Of a stretch of DNA of 63,440 nt, positions 57,996 to 63,440 are shown one piece after another; positions within the stretch are counted from its first letter, which is position 1, and each line of letters opens with the position of its first letter. A model generated the notes under the pieces. It was given only the letters and a program-made list of their open reading frames with translations, was not told the origin of the DNA and did no database searches. The DNA comes from an uncultured Planctomycetia bacterium. Lineage in GTDB: Bacteria > Omnitrophota > Gorgyraeia > JABMRG01. The DNA is taken from the NCBI GenBank assembly GCA_964634945.1, contig CAZWMG010000011.1, positions 1 through 63,440 of the forward strand, given 5' to 3'. The position numbers were made by a program, and so were the translations under genes.

Positions 57996-58011
57996 GCATC
58001 CCTCCTCTTTT

Positions 58012-58902
58012 TTAAGCTGATATATTATGACAAATAATCTTAGTGTCTATGCGGCGCAATAACCCCTTTAAGACTGTACCGGGACCTATCTCTAAAAAAG
58101 TATTGATTCCACGGGAAACAACATTCTTTATAGATTCTTCCCAAAAAGTTGTTGAGCTGATCTGATCCACAAGATTTTCCTTTATCTGATCCGGGTCATC
58201 TTGCGAATATGTCATTACATTACTTATAACAGGGATCTTAGGTGGAAGCACTAAAACATCATCCAAAGCCTTTTTAAGCTTATGCGAAGCCTCTGCCATA
58301 AGAGCCGAATGAAATGGCCCGCTTACATCAAGCATTATCGCTCGTTTCGCCCCTGCTTTCTTTGCGCGCAATACCGCGTTATCAACAGCATCTAAGGCAC
58401 CTGAGATAACTATCTGCCCCGGGCAATTTAGATTCGCGATCTCCGCACCTGTTTCTTCACAGATATTCTTTGCGCTCTCTAGGTCAAGGCCAAGTAGGGA
58501 TGCCATCTTACCTGGGTTTGCCCTTGACGCGTCCTCCATGAACTCTCCTCTCAAACGCACCAATCTTACCGCGTCACTAAATGACAATGATTCCGCGGCA
58601 ACCAATGCTGTATACTCACCCAAGCTGAGCCCTAGCGTTACCTGAGGAGTAAACTCCGATCTCTCTAAAAGGTGCGCACGCAATGCCGCGATAGATGTAA
58701 CAAGAATAGCAACCTGGCAATTTTGCGTCTTTGTCAATTCCTCTGAAGGGCCTTCAAAACAGAGGCGAGCTAAATCAAACTTTAAAATATCATTCGCCTG
58801 ATTATATGTCTTCTTAACGATATCGTGCTTCTCATAAAGAGCCTTGCCCATGCCTACATACTGGGCGCCTTGGCCCGGGAATATAAACGCCGTCTCTACC
58901 AT
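58012..58902 (-). CDS. fabD: malonyl CoA-ACP transacylase
   Basis: FPGQGAQYVGMG and the active-site GLSLGEYTA. Start taken at M8 (MVETAFIFPGQG); 58923 is an alternative. Confidence 0.93.
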   Translation of the reverse strand: MVETAFIFPGQGAQYVGMGKALYEKHDIVKKTYNQANDILKFDLARLCFEGPSEELTKTQNCQVAILVTSIAALRAHLLERSEFTPQVTLGLSLGEYTALVAAESLSFSDAVRLVRLRGEFMEDASRANPGKMASLLGLDLESAKNICEETGAEIANLNCPGQIVISGALDAVDNAVLRAKKAGAKRAIMLDVSGPFHSALMAEASHKLKKALDDVLVLPPKIPVISNVMTYSQDDPDQIKENLVDQISSTTFWEESIKNVVSRGINTFLEIGPGTVLKGLLRRIDTKIICHNISA

Positions 58903-59882
58903 TTTAGAACTATTGACCCCCATGTAAAACCAGCTCCAAAAGCTACCAAAACAACGATATCGCCCTTTTTAATCCTCTTCTCTTTTACTGCTTCACATAA
59001 TGCTATTATAGTAGATGCGGCTGAGACATTACCATATTTTGCGACATTAAGATATACCTTATCCTCGGGAAGGCCAATTCTCTTTCTTACAGAGTTTATA
59101 ATCCTTATATTCGCCTGATGAGGTATCAAAAGAGATATATCTTTACATCCCAAATTAGCGTCACAAACAGCATGCGTCGCGGCATCCGTCATAAGCCTAA
59201 CAGCAGATTTAAAGACTTCACTGCCGCTCATTTTTATATAATGGAGCCTGTTTTTTAATGTATCCTTTGAGGCGGGGTTACGTGAACCGCCTCCCGGGAG
59301 ATACAACAAATTCGATAAATCGCCATCAGATCCGAGATAATGTGATAATATCCCACCTGAAGCTACAGGCTGAAGTATAGCCGCCCCAGCGCCATCTCCA
59401 AAGAGCACACATGTATTTCTGTCAGTATAATCTGTAACTGATGTAAGCACCTCAACGCCTATTACAAGGGCATTCTTATACATTCCCGAATCTATAAAAT
59501 GCCTTGCTGTAACCAAACCATAAATAAATCCTGAGCAGGCTGCGCCAATATCGAAACAAGCGGCGTTCTTTGCACCTATCTTAGATTGGACAAAACATGC
59601 TGTTGAGGGAAATGGCATATCGGGAGTTATGGTAGCAACTATGATTAATTCGATATCTTCGGGTTTAAGTTTTGCCGACTCAAGGGCTTTTTTTGCAGCC
59701 TTTGCGGCAAGCGTACTAGAGGGCGTACCAGGCTGTGCAACCCTGCGCTTTTTAATGCCTGTCCTACTAGTTATCCATTCATCTGATGTATCAACCATCT
59801 TTTCAAGATCTTGATTCGTAAGGACCTTTTTGGGTACATACATACCTAGTCCTGTAATACCGACCAGTTTCTTTTGTGTCAT
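58896..59882 (-). CDS. fabH: beta-ketoacyl-ACP synthase III
   Basis: Cys-His-Asn contexts GAACSGF, HQANIRI and GNVSAAS. Confidence 0.94.
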   Translation of the reverse strand: MTQKKLVGITGLGMYVPKKVLTNQDLEKMVDTSDEWITSRTGIKKRRVAQPGTPSSTLAAKAAKKALESAKLKPEDIELIIVATITPDMPFPSTACFVQSKIGAKNAACFDIGAACSGFIYGLVTARHFIDSGMYKNALVIGVEVLTSVTDYTDRNTCVLFGDGAGAAILQPVASGGILSHYLGSDGDLSNLLYLPGGGSRNPASKDTLKNRLHYIKMSGSEVFKSAVRLMTDAATHAVCDANLGCKDISLLIPHQANIRIINSVRKRIGLPEDKVYLNVAKYGNVSAASTIIALCEAVKEKRIKKGDIVVLVAFGAGFTWGSIVLKW

Positions 59883-59897
59883 GTAAAAAAATCCTTT

Positions 59898-60887
59898 CTA
59901 CAATGCTATAGCGTCCATAATGTGTTGATTGATCTGCAACTCCACAAATGCCGCGGCTTCTCTGATCGCGTTCTTTATAGCCTTTGCTGAGGAGCCACCG
60001 TGCCCGATAATTGTAACACCGTTGACGCCAAGAAGTGGGGCGCCCCCATATTCAGAATAATCTATCTCTTTCTTCAGCGCGTTAAATGCCGGCATACTGA
60101 GAAACGCGCCAATCTGTGTTATTATGCCTTCTTTCAATTTTCTTTTTAAAAATATGCTGAGAGTATGCGCGAGTGACTCCGATACCTTTAATACCACATT
60201 GCCGACAAATCCATCGCAGACTATAACATCATACTCACCCGTATAAATATCGCCGCCTTCAACATTACCTATAAATTTTAGGGCGCTTGAATTAAGCAAC
60301 CGATGAGTCTCTTTTATAAAATCTGTGCCCTTAGCTTCCTCTCCTCCTACATTTAAAAGCCCTACTTTAACAACCTTTTTATTTAGTAAGTATCTCTGCA
60401 GCGTATCGCCCATTATACCATACTGCAAAAGGTGTTCCGGCTTAGGATTAATATTAGCGCCGACATCGATGAGCAGGCAGAGATCCTTTAAAGTAGGATA
60501 TATCATGCTTATACCGGGACGGTGCACACCCTTTAAAAGCCCCATCCTTAATGCTACCGCACAGACAACAGCACCGGTATTACCTGCTGATACAAAAGCG
60601 TCAACCTTACCGTCACGCAAGAGCCGTGCCCCTACGTTGACAGAGGAGTCTCTTTTCCTGCGAACACTCAATGCCGCAGGTTCATCCATGCCAATAACCT
60701 CGGAAGCATGGCAGACAGAGATACTCTTCGGCGCGTTTACGCCTTTCTTAAAGAGTTCCTGCTGAATAATAGTATTATCACCTACAAGAACTATGTCATA
60801 TCCGAATTCACGGGCTGCCATGACCGCACCTTCTATATTTATATAAGGTGCTTTATCGCCGCCCATCGCATCTATTGCGATACGCAT
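59898..60887 (-). CDS. plsX: phosphate acyltransferase PlsX
   Basis: MRIAIDAMGGD N-terminus. Conserved rpmF-plsX-fabH order. Confidence 0.94.
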   Translation of the reverse strand: MRIAIDAMGGDKAPYINIEGAVMAAREFGYDIVLVGDNTIIQQELFKKGVNAPKSISVCHASEVIGMDEPAALSVRRKRDSSVNVGARLLRDGKVDAFVSAGNTGAVVCAVALRMGLLKGVHRPGISMIYPTLKDLCLLIDVGANINPKPEHLLQYGIMGDTLQRYLLNKKVVKVGLLNVGGEEAKGTDFIKETHRLLNSSALKFIGNVEGGDIYTGEYDVIVCDGFVGNVVLKVSESLAHTLSIFLKRKLKEGIITQIGAFLSMPAFNALKKEIDYSEYGGAPLLGVNGVTIIGHGGSSAKAIKNAIREAAAFVELQINQHIMDAIAL

Positions 60888-60904
60888 ATTTATTTTTTAC
60901 TCCT

Positions 60905-61105
60905 CTACTTCTTCGGTTTTTTAGTCTTCTCTTTTTTTACTATAATCTGCCTGCCCTTATAATAGCCGCACTTTGCGCAAACGTGGTGGGGAAGAACCGC
61001 GCTGCCGCAATTGGAACACTTCGCGACAGACGGCTCATCGAGCTTATAATGAGTGCGTCTCTTTTTTCCTCTTGTCTTTGAATGTCTTCTTTTTGGTGTG
61101 CTCAC
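60905..61105 (-). CDS. rpmF: 50S ribosomal protein L32
   Basis: 66 aa with PKRRHSKTR and the Zn-ribbon CSNCG...CAKCG. Confidence 0.93.
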   Translation of the reverse strand: MSTPKRRHSKTRGKKRRTHYKLDEPSVAKCSNCGSAVLPHHVCAKCGYYKGRQIIVKKEKTKKPKK

Positions 61106-61206
61106 TTTTTAGCGCCTCCATTTAGATTGCATTGATAATTGTGCTGTTTGTTTTTTTATGCACGATTAAACATTTCTACTTAATCCTTAATTCTTACAAC
61201 TTAATT

Positions 61207-61428
61207 CTAACTATTTATTTCAATTATCTTATTACGGCTTGTACTGCCTGTTATAATACGTATACTGGATTTTTTGACCTTGTAATGCCCGGATAAAACC
61301 GCAATCAATGCCTTGTTGGCTTTTCCATCAACGGGCGACTGTCTTACATAGACCTTCAGGTCACCATCGTTGCCGATAACAACTTCTTCCCTCGATGAAC
61401 CGGGATAGGCCCTTAAAAAAACTCTCAC
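61207..61428 (-). CDS. yggU: DUF167 (YggU) family protein
   Basis: [23 protein letters not shown]...[11 protein letters not shown] matches the DUF167 core. I prefer GTG 61428, which forms a GTGA overlap with the yggT stop. The ORF-track ATG at 61491 is the alternative. Confidence 0.7.
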   Translation of the reverse strand: MRVFLRAYPGSSREEVVIGNDGDLKVYVRQSPVDGKANKALIAVLSGHYKVKKSSIRIITGSTSRNKIIEINS

Positions 61429-61724
61429 CTTAGTTTTAAAGCTAGATCTGTAAGGGTCCGAACCAGAAAACCTTGAATAAATAGCAGGCAAAGTACCGCT
61501 ATAATTGGCGATATATCAACGGCCCAAAACTGCATCTTAAATATCCTTCTTATCGGAGCTAAGATAGGATCTGTTGTCCGTTGTAAAAATTGCACAATCG
61601 GATTAAAAGGATCAGGGTTTACCCAGCTAATAAGCGACCTGATTATTATAATCCAGTACAGAAGTGTAATTATAATGTCAAGAAGACGCGCAACACTTAA
61701 TAATAGATTCCCCAATATAAACAT
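61425..61724 (-). CDS. yggT: YggT family membrane protein
   Basis: 99 aa with 2-3 TM helices and ...DPILAPIRR.... In the conserved yggS-proC-yggT cluster. Confidence 0.8.
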   Translation of the reverse strand: MFILGNLLLSVARLLDIIITLLYWIIIIRSLISWVNPDPFNPIVQFLQRTTDPILAPIRRIFKMQFWAVDISPIIAVLCLLFIQGFLVRTLTDLALKLR

Positions 61725-61738
61725 CTTTGCCCCTTCCT

Positions 61739-62542
61739 TTACTGATGAGAGAGCTGCCTTGACCTCTTAGCAGCTGCCTTCAATGCTACTTTTACAGTTG
61801 AGTTAAAGCCCTTTTTCTTAAAAATTTTTATTGCCGCTTCTGTTGTTCCGCCCTCTGATGTCACATTCTTCCGCAATATTGCAGGCTCCCCTGCTAAAGA
61901 ATATTGCAATAAACTTGCTCCAAATGCTGTCTGCGTAACAAGTTTTAAGGCTATTGATTTTTTTAAGCCTAAGGATTGAGCCGCTTCAACCATAGCCTCC
62001 ATAAGTAGAAAAAAATATGCAGGCCCACTTCCCGATACAGCAGTCACGGCATCCATGTCTTTTTCATTCAGCAGTATCGTTTCACCGACACAGCCATAAA
62101 TACTTTCAGCTATTCTGGTATCAGGGCTTTTAATCTTTTTACTTGACGCGATCGCGGTCATTGCGAAACCTATTAACGCGGGGGTATTAGGCATTACCCT
62201 TATTACCCTCTTTGCGCCTGTTTTTCTTTTTATAAAATCTACCTTAACGCCCGCTACCTTTGATATAATAAGTTTTGATTTAATAGCTTCCGCTATCTCA
62301 CTAAGTACGGTTGCCATATCCTTGGGCTTAATTGCTAAAATTATTATATCTGAAACGTTCACAGCTTCAACATTGGAAACGGTAACTCTTACGCGATAAG
62401 TCTTCTTTAAATATCTTAACCGTGAATTACGGTTATCAGAGATAGTTATATGCGATCTAGTAAATAATCTTTTTGAGACAAGCCCCTTCAACAAGGCCTC
62501 GCCCATGTTGCCACACCCTATTATTGCTATTTTTTTATTCAC
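61739..62542 (-). CDS. proC: pyrroline-5-carboxylate reductase
   Basis: Rossmann IGCGNMGEAL and the C-terminal SEGGTTEAA motif. GTG start. Confidence 0.92.
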   Translation of the reverse strand: MNKKIAIIGCGNMGEALLKGLVSKRLFTRSHITISDNRNSRLRYLKKTYRVRVTVSNVEAVNVSDIIILAIKPKDMATVLSEIAEAIKSKLIISKVAGVKVDFIKRKTGAKRVIRVMPNTPALIGFAMTAIASSKKIKSPDTRIAESIYGCVGETILLNEKDMDAVTAVSGSGPAYFFLLMEAMVEAAQSLGLKKSIALKLVTQTAFGASLLQYSLAGEPAILRKNVTSEGGTTEAAIKIFKKKGFNSTVKVALKAAAKRSRQLSHQ

Positions 62543-62632
62543 TTAAACCCTTATGCTTTCCTATCATATGCAAAAGCAGAAGCAAAGGTAAGATTATTAC
62601 TTCTGCTTCTTCTGCCTTCATCTTTTTCTCTT

Positions 62633-63325
62633 TCAATCCGAGGCAGAAAACAGGGCAGTGCCGATTCGTACGCAAGTAGCACCCTCTTCTATCGCTACCT
62701 CGAAATCCTGAGTCATGCCCATGGAAAGCTCTCTTATGTCCGTATTGGGGACATCTGCTCTTAATAACTCGTCTCTTAATGCGAACAAGCTCTTAAAATA
62801 CGGCCTTGCGTCTTCTGATACTTCTGAAAAAGGCGCCATTGTCATAAGGCCTATTATATGCAAATTCGATAGCAGGGCTATCTCCTTAATAAAACTAAGG
62901 GTATCGCCCGGGCTAACGCCATATTTTGCTCTTTCCCCAGAGACATTAACCTCTACAAAACAGTCTATCTTTTTTTTCATTATTTTAGCCTGTTTATCTA
63001 ACTCTGCGGCAAGCTTTATGCTGTCCAAGGAATGGATTGTATCAAAGATCTTTAAGAACTTCTTGACCTTGTTGGTCTGAAGGTGGCCTATCATATGCCA
63101 CTTTACGCCTGTAAACTCCTTGCCCAGATTATTAAACTTTGAAAAAGCGTCATTAACCCTATTTTCACCGATATCTGTCACACCAAGGGCCAAGGCTTGC
63201 CTTATCTGATCTGTTCCAACGCTCTTTGTAACACAGATTAGTTTGATCTCTTTGGGGTCTCGGCCTGCCCGGTTGGTTGAGTTTATTACTCTCTGCTTAA
63301 TTTGAGCGAGATTCTGAGCAATCAT
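62633..63325 (-). CDS. yggS: YggS-family pyridoxal-phosphate homeostasis protein
   Basis: PLP Lys context LICVTKS and the alanine-racemase N-terminal-like barrel (HMIGHLQTNK). Confidence 0.9.
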   Translation of the reverse strand: MIAQNLAQIKQRVINSTNRAGRDPKEIKLICVTKSVGTDQIRQALALGVTDIGENRVNDAFSKFNNLGKEFTGVKWHMIGHLQTNKVKKFLKIFDTIHSLDSIKLAAELDKQAKIMKKKIDCFVEVNVSGERAKYGVSPGDTLSFIKEIALLSNLHIIGLMTMAPFSEVSEDARPYFKSLFALRDELLRADVPNTDIRELSMGMTQDFEVAIEEGATCVRIGTALFSASD

Positions 63326-63440
63326 TTTTCATACTTTATCATAATATAATACTCAAGTCAATATGTTTTAGAATTGCTGTCGATAACGGTGAATTGTAAC
63401 TCATACTGCAACAAAGTCAAGTCCGAAGTTGCTGTTATTT

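Overview
This is a 63.4-kb, AT-rich bacterial chromosomal segment. The gene content looks diderm (outer-membrane barrel, HtrA, PgpA), but I cannot assign a phylum without a database search. I call 64 protein genes, 58 of them on the minus strand, plus one tRNA-Pro(CGG) and one FMN riboswitch.

Most of the window is housekeeping:
- hisD-alaS-recX-htrA-recA
- cinA and thpR (plus strand)
- pgpA-pgsA-rimO-rodZ-ftsK-uppP-dut-pnp-rpsO-ribF-truB-nrnA-rbfA-(CCA-like)-xerD
- ligA-acyP
- FMN riboswitch followed by ribBA-ribH-nusB-PHP-ribD-ribE
- a GAF-GGDEF cyclase, then smc
- fabG-acpP-fabF-acyl-CoA dehydrogenase-etfB-etfA
- rpmF-plsX-fabH-fabD
- yggS-proC-yggT-yggU

The content that is not ordinary:
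1. A REP-like 46-50 bp palindrome occurs four times. Two identical copies bracket an HUH/Y1 (RAYT-type) transposase gene next to recA, and a 64-bp tandem repeat sits beside it.
2. A mosaic family of G+C-rich, strongly structured intergenic elements occurs at truB-ribF, nrnA-truB, the tRNA-Pro flank, the ribBA-GGDEF spacer and possibly others. Three copies share conserved single-stranded blocks while their stems co-vary. This is my best candidate for something undescribed, either an ncRNA or a small mobile element.
3. tRNA-Pro is flanked by short duplicates of both its 5' and 3' ends.
4. About 12.7 kb of accessory genes splits the normally contiguous fabD|fabG junction. These genes are an OMP, Zn-ribbon and RanBP2-type zinc-finger membrane proteins, a 2TM protein, an exported tandem-HPr-like protein, an XRE-cupin regulator, a response regulator, a 7TM histidine kinase, an Asp-box propeller protein and an exported divergent GT35-like protein.

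All calls come from reading the translations and the DNA. No searches were run. Several start codons are my own re-picks and could be off.
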